NCBI RefSeq assembly: GCF_006345805.1
Contig: NC_043002.1
Location: forward strand, 94,302,001-94,366,000
Length of the DNA stretch: 64,000 nucleotides
Reading direction: 5' to 3'
Source: Octopus sinensis
Taxonomy: Eukaryota
Both the position numbers and the translations under genes were made by a program. The notes beneath the pieces were generated by a model that saw nothing but the letters and a program-made list of their open reading frames with translations, was not told the origin of the DNA and did no database searches. Each line of letters begins with the position of its first letter. Position 1 is the stretch's first letter. This document shows, one piece after another, positions 25,259 to 38,979 of this stretch.

Positions 25259-25339
25259 ATGTTGACTACTCTGTAAGGGGAGGTGACGTTACTAGGAGCA
25301 TGAGGACAATATTACTATCTATAGTTCATTATCATGAAC

Positions 25340-26750
25340 ATCAGATTGAGAGGTGAACCTCTTCTAAAGTTGTTTGTTATTATGATGCAACATCCCTTTG
25401 TACAGGAAGTTAGCTCATTCTCAACTCCACTTGTAATTTTTATGTTATGTTCACGATTAGCATCATTATCAACGAAAACCTGCAGACTTTCGTCTATAAA
25501 TGTCAACCCTTTAACAATGAATTTTGTTGTCTGTTTAAGTGGTTGTAGAAGCTTGTTCTTTTTCTAACTGTACCAGCCCCTCCTAACTTTCTCTCTGGGA
25601 CACTTACAACTCAATTAACATCATCCTGTATAACTTTTTAAAATCCTACGCTCTTTGTAAGTGTCACAATATCTTGCCAAATTTGGTGTAGACTTTCTAC
25701 TTGAAAACTTGTAATGTCACGGATACAGTCTGGCCATATACTTTTCCAAGCATTATTCAAAGTTGACAGTTTCTCTTTATATAAATCAGGTATATTACCC
25801 ACAGCATCCAATGCATTGAATTTCTTTTAAAAATCTCTGACTATAGGTTTATCGCCCTTGCCAGTTGCTTTCATAAGTTGTTTGAAAGTTGTTATATAAT
25901 ATGACTTGAAATTAGCTGTCACACTTTTATCCATTGGCTGGAGCAAAAAAGCGGCTTTCTTGGGGATACATCCGACTCTCACATTATCAGAGAGGTCGGC
26001 TAAATGTCATTTGGATGGCCGGGTATAATGTCTAAAAGAAGCTATGCTTTGTTGGATATAGTATGTCTGGCAATGTACTTTTCCACTGCAGGACAAAAAA
26101 CGTTTGTAAACAACTCTTTGAAAAGGTTCTCAATCATCTATACTTTCTTATTTGAATACCAAATCAGAGGTGGAGTACACTTCGTGTAACTCTTGAAGGC
26201 CTTTAGATTTTCGAAGTGACACACACGTAGGGGCTTTAATTTCATATGCCAGCAGCGTTTCCTCCCAAAAGAAGTGTCAGACTATTTTTGAAAGCTTTAA
26301 ATGTTCTAGCTGGCATGTACTTCCAGAAAAGCGCAGTCTCATCAGCATTGTGTACTTGCTCTATTGTGTATCCCGGTTCTACTATCATTTTCTTTAGCTT
26401 CCCGGGATAATTTGTAGCAGCCACTGTATCAGCGCTCGCAGTTTCACCAGTTATCTTTACGTTGTGTTAATTCATGTGTTTTTTAAGCCTTTCAAACTAG
26501 CCTTTACTAGCCAAAAAAGGTTTTGCAGTAGAAGTTTCCCCTTCTATTTTCTGCAAATTGTCATTGTTTCTTTTTGAATTATCACCATGTTTATCTGTAA
26601 ATTAGCCGATTCTGATCCTCAATTTATATATTCAAGAGTTGTTCCATTTTAAGCACTACATTAAATAAATGGAATAATAAAGTTCGGACAGTTAACGATG
26701 TAAGATTTAATATTTTGACAATATAACTTCGCATCAATCTTTTTAAAAAC
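25340..26750 (-). mobile_element. Tigger/pogo DNA transposon relic
   Basis: Minus strand gives ASKGWFERLKK..HNVKITGETASAD, VHNADETALFWKYMPART, LTLLLGGNAAG and LLQPMDK. Boundaries approximate. Confidence 0.88.
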
Positions 26751-27374
26751 ATTAAGTTTAATATCCGCTGTGACTCTTTTATGGCTCTTTTTCGTACAAC
26801 TAACTTCAGGTCTACAGAATAGCTTCTTTTCAGACATCTTAAATTAAAGACAAATCCAACAGCAGCGGCGAGTAACTATCCACAATAAATATGTAGTAAA
26901 TAAATTGGCCCAGCAAAGATCTGGTTTGTGAGAACGGAAAATTCTTATTCATATTGATGCAATGGTGAAAATGAGAAGAAAAGATGAAGGACTGAAGAAG
27001 AGAAGGTACTATATGATTACAGTTAGCTAAAGAGATACCAGATTTTATAGCAATTCACCCCTTGTACCTTCTAACTTGAGACATAAACACACTCACCCCC
27101 CACCACCACACGCAATCATGCACACTCGTGTTGGCGTACATGCTGATATCTGTTGTAGCTAGTTAGATTCAAAAGTTAGTGGTCGATAGTGGTGATGTGG
27201 GTTGCGTTGATAAAGCTGTTTGTGATGGTGAACGGGTATTGTTAGTGGTGTGGTGGTTATATTGTTATTGAAAATTGTATTGTTATGGCTGTTTAGTCTC
27301 AAGTAAATCTCCACAGATATATATATGGTAGAATTTACATTTTATTCTGCATAAACAAGTAATTTCCCAAAGTA

Positions 27375-27744
27375 GGAGGAGGTCTTTATAGGGATGAAGC
27401 GCTATTCACCTTGCTTAATCCTTCCAACGTAGAAATGGAAAGAAATAGGAAAAGAATTATTCAAGTTCTTCAAAGGCATAGAACTTTCCATGTCTATAGA
27501 GAAGTAGCACACTGCAGTCAACTTCTTGGATGTTACATTAGACCTAAGCACTGTTCAAACCTAACGAAAACCTTAGATATATTCACCACGAAAGCAATCT
27601 CCCCAAATACATAACCCAATCTATAGTCACAAACATTTACACCCACATATCAAATCTATCAGCTAACGAGGAGGTATTTAAGTCAAACGAGGATTACTAT
27701 AACAGAGCGCAAGAAGAGGTAAGATACAAAGAAAAATTAATATT
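27375..27744 (+). mobile_element. Penelope-like element RT relic, part 1
   Basis: GLYRDEAL (YRDD-like), VNFLDVTLDL, SNLPKYI...SNLSANEEVF...YKEKL. Confidence 0.85.
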
Positions 27745-27858
27745 AGGCGCAGGAGTGGCTGTGTGGTAAGTAGCTTGCTAATCAACCACATGGTTCCGGG
27801 TTCAGTCCCACTTCAGTCCCGCTCGCAGTTTCACCAGTTATCTTCAGTCCCACTTCGT
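27745..27858 (+). mobile_element. SINE family A head, interrupted
   Basis: AGGCGCAGGAGTGGCTGTGTGG...TTCAGTCCCAC. The 3' half resumes at 29354-29578. Confidence 0.85.
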
Positions 27859-27859
27859 G

Positions 27860-27947
27860 GCATGCAAATGGAACGTAAGGATATTGAATGGATTAACTAA
27901 GTCATGCTTTGGTTTTCAAATTATTTATTATTTTTCATGTTATGCAA

Positions 27948-27982
<35 letters not shown>

Positions 27983-28379
27983 GAGGCGCAATGGTCCAGT
28001 GGTTAGGGCAGCGGACTCGCGGTTGTGGGATCGCCGGTTTCGATTCCCAGACCGGGTGTGGTGAGTGTTTATTGAGCGAAAACACCTCTAAAGCTCCACG
28101 AGGCCCCGACAGGGTTGTGGTGGCGATCCCTGCTGTACTCTTTCCCACAATTCTCTCTTTCTTTCTTTGTTGGCCTGCTCGCTTAGTCAGCGGGGTGGCA
28201 TTCATTTGAAGGCTAAACAATGCGAAGCGCATTGTGACCAGCGATGTGTAGCAACATCTGATAGCCAGGTCGGTCACGGTGATCACGGTGATATATATAT
28301 ATATAGTTTGAAATAATTATCTTCGTCCTTTATTAGAAGGGGTTGATAAATCTGGATATATATATATATATACAGCTAC

Positions 28380-28427
<48 letters not shown>

Positions 28428-29353
28428 CATACACACACATGTATATTTAAAATAATCTATTATTTCTATCTATCATGTATATAGGAATTCCACGCTTTAC
28501 AGAAGTAATGTTTTCCTGAAAATCCGGCCGTAAGACGAAATTCTGTAATACGAAATTAATTTTCCCCATTGATTTTCTTATCATCAAGTAAAATTGCGTT
28601 CCTACTGATAGTTTCAATTAAAAAAAAAGCACAGGAAGACAACAGAGAACAAGCAACTCGATCATCTTTATGCATGAAAATAACTATTTCTAAACAAACA
28701 TGATAGAGTATAGAATGTGTTTATAAAACATCTTTTTCCCTTGGCTTTATTGAGAAAATTCTACAGTTTGTAAGATATTTGTTGTTGTTTTTTTCTTCAA
28801 TTTCTGCAATTTCAACCAATCAATTACGTCCATTGAGGTAAAAAACATTCTGTGCCGTATAAATATGTCCCTCGTTTAAGAAACAGATTGGGTTTATTTA
28901 CACTTCTGGAGAAAAAAAGATACCCTTTCCCCCACCCCTAACCTTAACCCTAACCCTAACCCTAACCCTAACCCTAAAACAGATTGAAATGCAATAGATC
29001 GATACTAGGGTCATAATTATGGGTGACAATTTCATATGACACCGCTAGAAAAAACTGCCGTTCAAACCGAAAAGATCCAAGATGTTGACTACTCTGTAAG
29101 GGGAGGTGACGTTACTAGGAGCATGAGAGACAATATTTACTATCTTATAGTTCATTATCATGAACATCAGATTGAGAGGTGAACCTCTTATCTAAAGTTG
29201 TTTGTTGTTTATGATGCAACATCCCTTTGTACAGGAAGTTAGCTCATTCTCAACTCCACTTGTAATTTTTATGTTATGTTCACGATTAGCATCATTATCA
29301 ACGAAAACCTGCAGACTTTCGTCTATAAATGTCAACCCTTTAACAATGAATTT
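27860..29353 (+). repeat. 1.5-kb duplicated segment (copy of 24012-25524)
   Basis: Contains SINE C, the MITE and the Tigger end in the same order as the source. Confidence 0.92.
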
Positions 29354-29578
29354 ATGTATGTGTGTGTTTGTGTGTCTGTGTTGTCCCCCTAGCATTGCTT
29401 GACAACCGATGCTGTGTGTTTACGTCCCCGTCACTTAGCGGTTCGGCAAAGAGACCGATAGAATAAGTACTGGGCTTACAAAGGGAATAAGTCCCGGGGT
29501 CGATTTGCTCGACTAAAGGCGGTGCTCCAGCATGGCCGCAGTCAAATGACTGAAACCAGTAAAAGAGTAATTCAATCA
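29354..29578 (+). mobile_element. SINE family A 3' half
   Basis: (TG)n-GCTTGACAACCGATGCTG...GCATGGCCGCAGTCAAATGACTGAAAC. Confidence 0.85.
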
Positions 29579-29579
29579 G

Positions 29580-31440
29580 GGGAACCAAACCAAAATAGAT
29601 ATAAGTTTACCTGACCGATACCTAATTACAAAAACACGCATAAAATCTAGCAAATCCCCATATGAGGAAGAAGTCAACAAAAACAGGGAAGAATGGGGAC
29701 ATAGGATTCAACAAAACAGTGAACACAAAAGAATCTCACATAAAACTAAATGGCCGAAACAACGACAGATACTATAGTACGCCGTACATTGGAGATGAAG
29801 TAAACCACCCTGGATGCACACATGCATAAAATGCAACAAGGAAATACTAAAGTAAGCGACTTACACACCCGAGAAGACACCACGGAAACATGAAAAGCAC
29901 TAACACTAAAAACCAGACAATACCTATATATACCAATTCTAGTAGTTCTATGACTACATTGTGGTATAATGCAGCATTCGGGAAACAGATAATATCTAAC
30001 ATTCCAAGACTGTCCTACACAGCAACTAAAAAACACTTTCCCAAGTCTAGCAAGTATCATAAATATCTAATACACATAATGTACGACTCACCTTCTCCAC
30101 AAGCCGTAATATTTTCTAAATAACTGCAGCACACAATGCGGGAAGGCTATCCCACTTCCCGGGGACCGGTGATAACAGTACACTAAACGAGAATAGGGAA
30201 GCCATCAACGGAAATTCTTGTAATCCGAATCCTGATGATAGGGAAGAGATAATTAACAACACAAGGAACTTAGGTACTGAAGCCAAAATAACATGCCCTA
30301 GAGGGAGGAGGGGTGGCAACCTAAGAGCCAGCGGTCAAAAGGAAACAACTGTAACACATTATGATACATCCATAAGACTAGGAGCGCGAACCGCTAGAAA
30401 TACCAGCATGCAAACATCTATGCATAGGTAATTCAGAAATAATTACTGGACCGAGAGAAAGAAAACCAGAAGAAGCTCCTGGTGGAGACCATAACATAAT
30501 AAATAATAGAAATAGGGAATCAAATCTATGCAACTGTGTTAGGGATACAGTATGCACGTTAGACTCTAGATGTTTAATAAAATCCTGGTCTATAGATGCA
30601 AAATCACCTTTGAGGGAAGGACATACTTTTATATAGGAGGTAGCTCTCTTAATTTCAGGAGGCGACTCACTAATCACTTAAATTCTTTTAGCAATAGGAA
30701 AAAATAAATAATACTAGCTTAAGCAAACTAATCTGGTCAATTATAGACAAAAGCCATAGCTATTCTATAGTGTGGGAAATAATTAGTATAGCTAAATCAT
30801 ATAGAGTAGGGGGAATAGATGCGACATGTGTATAGAAGAATTATACCTAATATTTACTTAAACAAACACATTACTAAATACAAGCCCCGAACAGGCCTTA
30901 AGATGCTTGCACAAACACGGCAAGACTTTTAAAAAGTATAATGATGTTTCTTGATAGCCAATATCCCACCCACAGTTGAGTATAATATGACGGATAGAAG
31001 AACATACCCTGAACCTAAAAAAATTAATACCCGCCTCCTAACTAACTGACATATACCATATCTAATCTACAACGCAAAACATCAGCAATGCAACCATAAA
31101 AATAATATATGAACAATTAAAGACTTTTCGCTGCAGGTACTACACCCGGAATCAAAACTGCGGCACACTCACTAAAATGAACAAAGGACCATGCAAACAT
31201 ACTAATCTTTATTTTGACCTAAACAGACCGAACCCTAACTTCAAACAGAGACTGGTGTGAATTTGAGGTCAACTACACGAGCCTGCAAACAGACCAGGCT
31301 TCAGTTCCAACATAACCGCCCCCCGCCCGAACACTAACCAACAAAAAAACTAACTCCACTCAGTTCGCTTTGAGATTGGCCAATAGGATAGTCCCTGATG
31401 AAGTTGCATAGATAACAATGAGAAGTGGCAGCTGCAACTA
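29580..31440 (+). mobile_element. Penelope-like element relic, part 2 (thumb/linker and GIY-YIG endonuclease)
   Basis: LWYNAAFGK (IWFNPPF-like), FPKSSKYHK..THNVRLTFSTS, YIGGSSLNFRRRLTNHLNSF...TSLSKLIW...WEII..AKSY...CDMCIEE (about 30620-30860). Right boundary approximate. Confidence 0.8.
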
Positions 31441-32116
31441 TTAGTGGTCTGTAGAGTAGAAACACCTTTAGGTCATTATAATTGTAAAATAAGAGAAAAT
31501 ACATTCATTGTTTGTGACGTGAGATCGGGAGTGAATGCATTCGTATTTATTCTTAAAACCTCTAAGCAGGTTCAGACGCAAAGTATGCTGGGTACTACAG
31601 CGTATGTCTCAAGAGTAAATCTTCCTTTAGACAACAGTGTATTCAACACACTCGTGTCCTGGGCTTCTGACCCGCCTAGATGCATTAAAATAAATATTGA
31701 AATGTTCATTCTCGATCTCACTATGCATGGCACAAAGAACCATTTTTAAAAATCAGATGGGAGAAATAAGCGCCCGCCAGGAAACAATTTTCGCTACAAA
31801 CATAAACATAGTCAGCAGCTTTGAATAGTCTCAAACTTCCGGCTACTTCTGGCCGACGATACATACATACATACATACATACATACATACATACATACAT
31901 ACATACATACATACATACAATGTCTGAAGAGCATTTCAGCATTTTATGAAGTTATTTATTTATTGCATTTTTACACTTGCTTCGGTGACCATCCCCTGGC
32001 GGATTACGGATTTACTTCTCCAATGGTCTATAAATACATCATGAGTATTTGCTATTAAAAAAAATATATGCATACATATGTGTATGCGTGTGCATGTGAG
32101 TGTGTGTGTGTGTGCG

Positions 32117-32146
<30 letters not shown>

Positions 32147-32147
<1 letters not shown>

Positions 32148-32458
32148 TCACCCTGATCACCGTGACCGACCAGGCTGTCAGATGTTGCTACACATCGCTG
32201 GTCACAATGCACTTCGCATTGTTTTAGCCTTCAAATGACGCCACCCGCTGGCTAAGCGAGCAGGCCAACAGAAGAAAGAGTGAGAGAAAGTTGTGGCGAA
32301 TGAGTACAGTAGAGATCGCCACCACCCCCTGCCGGAGCCTCGTGGGACTTTAGGTGTTTTCGCTCAATAAACACTCACAACGCTCGGTCTGGGAATCGAA
32401 ACCGCGATCCTACAACTGCGAATCCGCTGCCCTAACCACTGGGCCATTGTGCCTCCAC
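32147..32458 (-). mobile_element. SINE family C (tail type 2)
   Basis: Reverse complement of the 24141 element. Confidence 0.85.
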
Positions 32459-32675
32459 ACACACACACACACGCACACACACACACACGCACACACACAC
32501 ATACACACCAGGAGTTGAAACACACCTGTCACAACCTGGGACCTTGAAGACTGCTTTAATGCCAGAAAGTATACTAGTCCCTCAATGTTTTATATTCATA
32601 TTTCATCTATTCTATAAGACAATCAATACTTCATTTCATTTTAATATATATATTATTCATACTATCACATAAGGG

Positions 32676-32910
32676 ACGTTAGCCATCTGAATGTGGCTAG
32701 GGACAGGGCAGGGCGGTGGGGGTGTTACTGATGCATTTAACCCCAGGCGATCATCAACGTCACCAGGAGTGCTGACGCCATCACGGCGTCCTCTAGCCTG
32801 CAAAGGGAGATCATTCCCCGAAGAAGCGGATGCCACATACGGACCTAGGTTTCAAGGTGTTTGCCTATTATCAACGTATGGCAGGCACCGCCCCTCGACG
32901 AACGACTCTC
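32676..32910 (+). repeat. Unclassified interspersed repeat G (older copy)
   Basis: GCCATCTGAATGTGGCTA...AACCCCAGG...GCAAAGGGA...GTTTCAAGGT is similar to 33167-33400 and 39925-39990. Confidence 0.55.
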
Positions 32911-33045
32911 TGTGCAGGCTATATATAAAGATTTTCACAGTAAATACTACATATTCTATATTCTACATTAATATATAAAGAATAAAAATAAAACATAAAA
33001 AACAGAGTTGGAATTTCTTTGAAAATGCATATAGATATATATATA

Positions 33046-33086
<41 letters not shown>

Positions 33087-33151
33087 TATAATATAATATC
33101 TATATATCATGATAAATATCAGAGTGAGTTATCAACAGTAGCAGAAACAAC

Positions 33152-33584
33152 ATCGTGATGTAAAATATGCCATTTGAATATGGCTAACCTCTAAGGGTGG
33201 ATGCTACTGTAGTTTTTAGCCCCAGGAAGACATCTCCTCCAGCTAGCTATAGACACACTTTCTGTGCCCTATCAGTATTTGCAAAGGGAAGCCATCCTTC
33301 CCGTCTTCAACTTATGATACACACCGACCCGAGTTTCAAGGTATTGACCTATCATCAGCGTGTGACAATCACAGTTGTCGATAGGAATGAGGTTCTCTCT
33401 ACAAATACATATACTCTTTCCAGTGTTCAGTGACACTGATATTTATCATGGTTTGATTTCAAAAGTGAAATCACAGAAAGTGTGTCTATAGCTAGCTGGA
33501 GGAGATGTCTTCCTGGGGCTAAAAACTACAGTAGTATCCACCCTTAGGGGTTAGCCATATTCAAATGCATATTTACATCACGAT
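33152..33584. repeat. Repeat G copy with ~115-bp inverted arms
   Basis: 33152-33266 is the reverse complement of 33472-33584. Confidence 0.9.
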
Positions 33585-33907
33585 ATATATATATATTATA
33601 TAGATATATATATATATCGCTGAAGAGAAAGAAGTTTCGGTAAGATAGAATTATTTAATATTTAATATTTAATTTATGCTTTCCTAAAAACTTGATTTCG
33701 AAACGTACGTCCGTAGATAACTTAAAAATGTATGATAGATTGCAGTCAATAATTATCTCTTACCTGTTTGTGTCTGCCTTCCAATTGCTGTTTTTACTGA
33801 GAGATCTCCCTTTTTAGTAGAAGAAATAGCGATAAACCTTTGACTGCTATTTCTAAATTCGGTATGTGGTAAGGCAATTCGTTGCTAACTAAACCCTTTA
33901 TTGCTTA

Positions 33908-34037
<130 letters not shown>

Positions 34038-34089
34038 TATAATACATACTAATATATAACATATATATATATATATAAACATACATATA

Positions 34090-34133
<44 letters not shown>

Positions 34134-34383
34134 GTGTGGTGTGTGTGTGTGTGTGTGTGTATCTGTATGTATATAGAGTACATAGGTAAGATAAACAGTT
34201 CAAAACGTACTCAGTGCCAAAGTGTGTGAGTTATTCATGTTTATGGAGACTGGGTGGTACAAAGTATATAGTTTGACGATCAGGAACGGGAAATACGAAT
34301 AATTAGGTATGTGATGTCAAGCTGACATGAATATATTTGAATAAGTATGTCAGCATGTATTTATGCATACGTAAATATATAAG

Positions 34384-34614
34384 TTTCTTTACTACCCACA
34401 AAGGGCTAAACACAGAGAAGACAAACAAGGACAGACACACGGATTAAGTCGATTACATCGACTCCAGTACGCAACCGGTACTTATTTAATCGACCCCGAA
34501 AGGATGAAAGGCAAAGTCGACCTCGGCGGAATTTGAACTCAGAACGTAACGGTAGACGAAATACAGCTAAGCATTTCGCCCGGCGTGCTAACGTTTCTGC
34601 CAGCTCGCCGCCTT
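34384..34614 (-). mobile_element. SINE family B, full length
   Basis: Reverse complement of 48531-48770. Confidence 0.88.
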
Positions 34615-34739
34615 ATACGTAAATATATAGTGGTGGTGGTGGTGGTGGTGGCACAAAAGTCACTGAGGGATTGCAATCTTTGATAATTCTTTTACTTTTT
34701 GACCTTTTTTACTTTTCAGGGATTTTATGGACTAGGTCC

Positions 34740-35330
34740 TGAAAATTAATTACGGAAAAATATGGCACCGTACAACGCACCCAACTGATGAAATTGAATC
34801 AAAATCAAAGAGCACAAAAGAAAAATTGCACCCCTTAAAATGTACAGGATGGTTTGCAATTACGGTAGATGAGAAAAACGCGCCTTATTTCTTTGAGAAT
34901 GATGATAGGAATGCTGTCACTATGACTGGCGAGCGGTACGGGCCAATGATCGAGAACTTTTTGCGCCCAGCCATTCAAATTAGGCCCGATATGTGGCTCC
35001 AGCGAGATGAGACAACTGCTCATACAACAAGTAGAGACAATACAGTTGCTGAGAAAATATTTTGGAGAAAAAATCATCTCTCGCTATTGTGATGTCAACT
35101 GGTCAGCGCGTTCCCCAGATTCGACAGGCCCTGACTTGTGGTGTACCTTAAGAGGAAGGTTTATGTCAACAAACCAGAAATCTTGGAATAATTGAAGGAG
35201 AATATCACTAGAGAATTCAAGGAACTGGACCCACAAACCCTTATAGCTGTCATAAAACATATTTTGGAAAGGGCACGGATGGGTGAAGCTGAAAATGGAT
35301 ACCATTTAAAAGATTTCCAAAGGAATAAAC
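34740..35330 (+). mobile_element. IS630-Tc1-mariner transposase relic, DD41D (rosa)-like
   Basis: HPLKCTGW..PYFFEN...TMTGERY..MI..FL...MWLQRD.TTAHT; IISRYCDVNWSARSPD; LKENITRE. These match the WPPRSPDLTPLD-type group. Confidence 0.85.
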
Positions 35331-35654
35331 GGTGTAAAATGCAATCTTCTCATCAGGAAAGAAAGAGAGCCTCTCTCAACAACAATACATTATAACAATT
35401 ACGATGACTGCGTACACCATAAACAGAACGTTATTTAAGTATTTAGTTATTCATTTATAACACTCAAGTTACCGCACATTAACCCGGAGTTTCTACCTTT
35501 GGATAGGTCGCTTCACCGTGTTTCTGACGTAATTTTGCTATCCTGGTAACGGTTTATTGAATTTCCATTTAACGGTAAACATAGGATAATCCATTCACCC
35601 CTTGAAATATATATATATATATAGATATATATATAACATACGTATACATATATC

Positions 35655-35692
<38 letters not shown>

Positions 35693-36339
35693 TATATATA
35701 CTATATATATATGTATGTGTGTGTGTATTTCTATATAGTCATACACACGCGTGTACATACACGCATGCACAAACATACGCATGCGCGCACACACACACAC
35801 ACACAAACACACACGCATAAACACACACGCATAAACACACAAACACACACACACACACACACACACACGAACACACACACACACACACACGCACGTAAAG
35901 CACACACATACAAATACACACACATGCAGGAGTGTTTTTATAAGTGTTAGATAAGGTGATCAGAGATACGAAGGAGATCATGCGTGAGGGAGATATTGGA
36001 AGAAAGCAGGAATAATCGAAGAACAGAAAGAAAGAAGGAAAGAAAGAAAGAGGAATAGAGAGAGAAAACGTGTGAACAGACTGCTATACAGGAAGTCAAG
36101 AGGGGTGGGCTTCTTGTTTACCTAAGTGTCATTCTTCTAAAATCTAAAAAGTCTGTTCATGTGATGCTGGCTAGTTATATCTTGAAAATAAATCTGTTTC
36201 CAGTAATTTTCGCCTTGTGAATTGTAGGACATCGTCAACATCATTACGTATTTACGCATATACATAGTTAAATACAGTGTTAGGAACATCTACTAGGTAT
36301 TCCTTTGAACTCAAAGAATAGGGCCAGAAATTTTTATGG

Positions 36340-36480
36340 TAGGGGCTTTTGTCGATTACATCGACCCCAGTGCAGAACTTGCTGCCTATTACATCGAGCC
36401 CGAAAGGGATGAAAGTCGACCTCGGTAGAATTTTAAACTCAGAATGTAAACAAGGACGAAATGCCGCCGAGCATTTCGTG
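36340..36480 (-). mobile_element. SINE family B fragment
   Basis: GTCGATTACATCGACCCCAGTG...GAAAGTCGACCTCGG...CTCAGAATG. Confidence 0.7.
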
Positions 36481-36616
36481 TTGAATTAACATAAAAAATA
36501 TTTGTGTGATTGTGTTTTGTCTTCTTTTTTTTTTGTAGCTTTGTTCTTCTTCTACAACTTTTGTTTATCGTTTTTGAAATTTGAATAGGTGTTTACCTCT
36601 CTTCAGACATATGGCG

Positions 36617-37470
36617 ATGAAGTGCTAGCGAAAAAGAATGTGCATTTTCGAAACCTGCTACTCTTCGCTTTCAGTCATAGTTCCAAAGCTGACAAAGCCG
36701 CTCGAGACATTTGTGCTGTGAATAGAGAAGACTCTATTACCGAAAGAACTATACAGAAATAGTTTTCACGCTTCAAAGAGGGAAAATTCGATCTCACAGA
36801 TTCTCCGCGTTCCGTCCGACTGTTCAGGTCAATGCGGATTAATAGAACGAGCTCATCCACATGAATTTCCACAAATCCATTGGGAAATTGGTCTAGCAGA
36901 AAAGAAGTTCCCATGATACCGTTGCTTGTCACATTCACTCCATAGGTAAGGTCCCAAAACTCAGTTCATAGCTTACACACGATTTAAACGAAAGAGTGTC
37001 TGTTTGTACATTCGACACCAACCACCTCGTGGACACAAACAGAAATTTCTTCACCGTATGGTCACCGGCGATGAAGTTGGTGTATTTATGTCAATATACA
37101 GCAGAGGAAAGAACGAGTGAGTTCCGGCAAGCAAACAATAACTGGAGCCAAGTCAGCTTGTATTCATGCAAGAAAAATATCTGCCTTTGGTGGGATTAGG
37201 AAAGGCTCATCTGTTACGAGATGTTTGAAAACAATTACAGCCTGCAAAGTGTTTCGTTCAACGACGGAGTGGAGCAGAAAACGTGGATCAGTGATGTCTT
37301 TGAGTCAAGATCAGGTGATTTCTAACATTAAGACATTGAAAAGCTAGTGGAAAGTTGGCAAGAAGTGAACAACGAAAAAAGGATATATGATTGACTGATG
37401 TTTTAAAATTATTGATGAAAAATAAGGATCAAAATAAATTTTAAGAAACCAACGAAATTATCTGATAACT

Positions 37471-37475
<5 letters not shown>
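36617..37475 (+). mobile_element. Degenerate mariner transposon
   Basis: VHFRNLLLFAF...AARDICAV...ITERTIQK*FSRFKEGKFDLTDSPRS (HTH region), then KKNICLWWD..LICYEM. Confidence 0.88.
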
Positions 37476-37506
<31 letters not shown>

Positions 37507-37510
<4 letters not shown>

Positions 37511-37635
37511 CGTGGCTGTGTGGTGAGAAGCTTGCTTTCCAAATACATGGTTCCGGGTTCAGTCCCAATGTGTGGAACCTTGGTCAACCGGCCTTGTGAG
37601 TGAATTTGGTAGACGGAAACTGAAAGAAGCCCGTC

Positions 37636-37666
<31 letters not shown>

Positions 37667-37885
37667 GATATAGATATATGTTTGTGTCTGTGTTTTTCCC
37701 CCACTCCAATCGCTTGATATCGGACGTTGGTTTGTTTTCGTCCCCGTAACTTCGCGATTCGGCAAAAAAGACCGATAGAATATGTACAAGACCTACAAAG
37801 AAGCCCTGGGGCCGATTTCTTCGACTAATACCCCTTAAGGTGGTGCTCCACCACGGCCGCAATCAAATGGCTGAAACTATTAGAA
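37507..37885 (+). mobile_element. SINE family A (diverged)
   Basis: GTGGCTGTGTGGTGAGAAGCTTGC...GAAGCCCGTC-(TA)n-...GGTGCTCCACCACGGCCGC. Confidence 0.8.
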
Positions 37886-37930
37886 GAATAAAAGAATATA
37901 GGTATGTACGAATGTATGTATGTATGTATG

Positions 37931-37962
<32 letters not shown>

Positions 37963-38730
37963 TGTATGTATGTATGTATGTATGTATGTATGTTTATACA
38001 GAGGCAGAGAAACAGTGAGAAAAGATTGAGAAAAGGAAAGGCTAAGCAAGTAGCTAGATAAAGAGTGGATGGGGCATGATTTTGGTTTCAGGAGAACGAT
38101 TCAACAAATTCTAAGATTGATTAAAGAATGCTTTACTGATCAAATATAAGCAGACACAGACTCGGCAATTACTAAATTATACAGTACTTATGATAATTGA
38201 TGACTGATATGGTTTGATGTGCTACGTATCAATACATTAAATCAGTTTTCTCTGTAATGGTTTTGACAAACAGGTTTGCTTTAGTAAGCAGGATCGAGTC
38301 GTACTGTATAATTCTATATTTGCAATTCATATCTTGCTAGATTTCCCTTGTAATAGTAATAGTTAAGTCGAGTCGTTTGAAATAGCGTCCTATGGAGTAA
38401 CTACGGCGTTTAGGTATTCTGGTATTCGAAGAACACACTTCCATACAGATATGTAAATATATGTGTACGTATGTATCTATATGTGCATATTATCAGCTTT
38501 ACTACATTATATATCTAGTGTATACACACAAACACACACACATGTATATGGTCTATGTGCGTGTGTGATATATATGAATGTGTGCGTAAGTACGTGTAAT
38601 ATTCGTATGCATATTTTAAGTGGTAGTTTTGAGTTGATACAGAAAAAATACAAAGAAAATCTTGTGATATATACATAATGATGTTATTCAATTTTCTATA
38701 CGTACTCCTGTTTTTATAGCCACTCACCGA

Positions 38731-38774
<44 letters not shown>

Positions 38775-38979
38775 TATATATACTTCATTTCAATAATATC
38801 ATTGTTGTTATTGCTATGCTACAGACTGTCATGGTGTTTGTTCTTACAGAAATATTGCTTTTTCATGTAGATCCGTAGCCACAGATTGATAGTCTTAGAT
38901 TGGTAGTCTCAGATTGTTCGTTGAAGGAAGGTAAGCACTTATAACAACGATGCTCTTTCATCTTTAATATCGATACTAG

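Larger units (their letters stand above)
24012..25524 (+). repeat. Source copy of a 1.5-kb segment duplicated at 27860-29353
   Basis: GCATGCAAATGGAACG...CCTTTAACAATGAATTT is co-linear at both loci. Confidence 0.92.

Noticed and set aside
31385-31480. Hammerhead ribozyme (CTGATGAAG...GAAAC) at the PLE end
   Set aside because: Stem II does not close onto GAAA, and stems I and III do not pair.
33750-33860. Minus-strand exon ending in CAG|GTAAGA
   Set aside because: Short open frame with no recognisable motif; such donors arise by chance in 64 kb.
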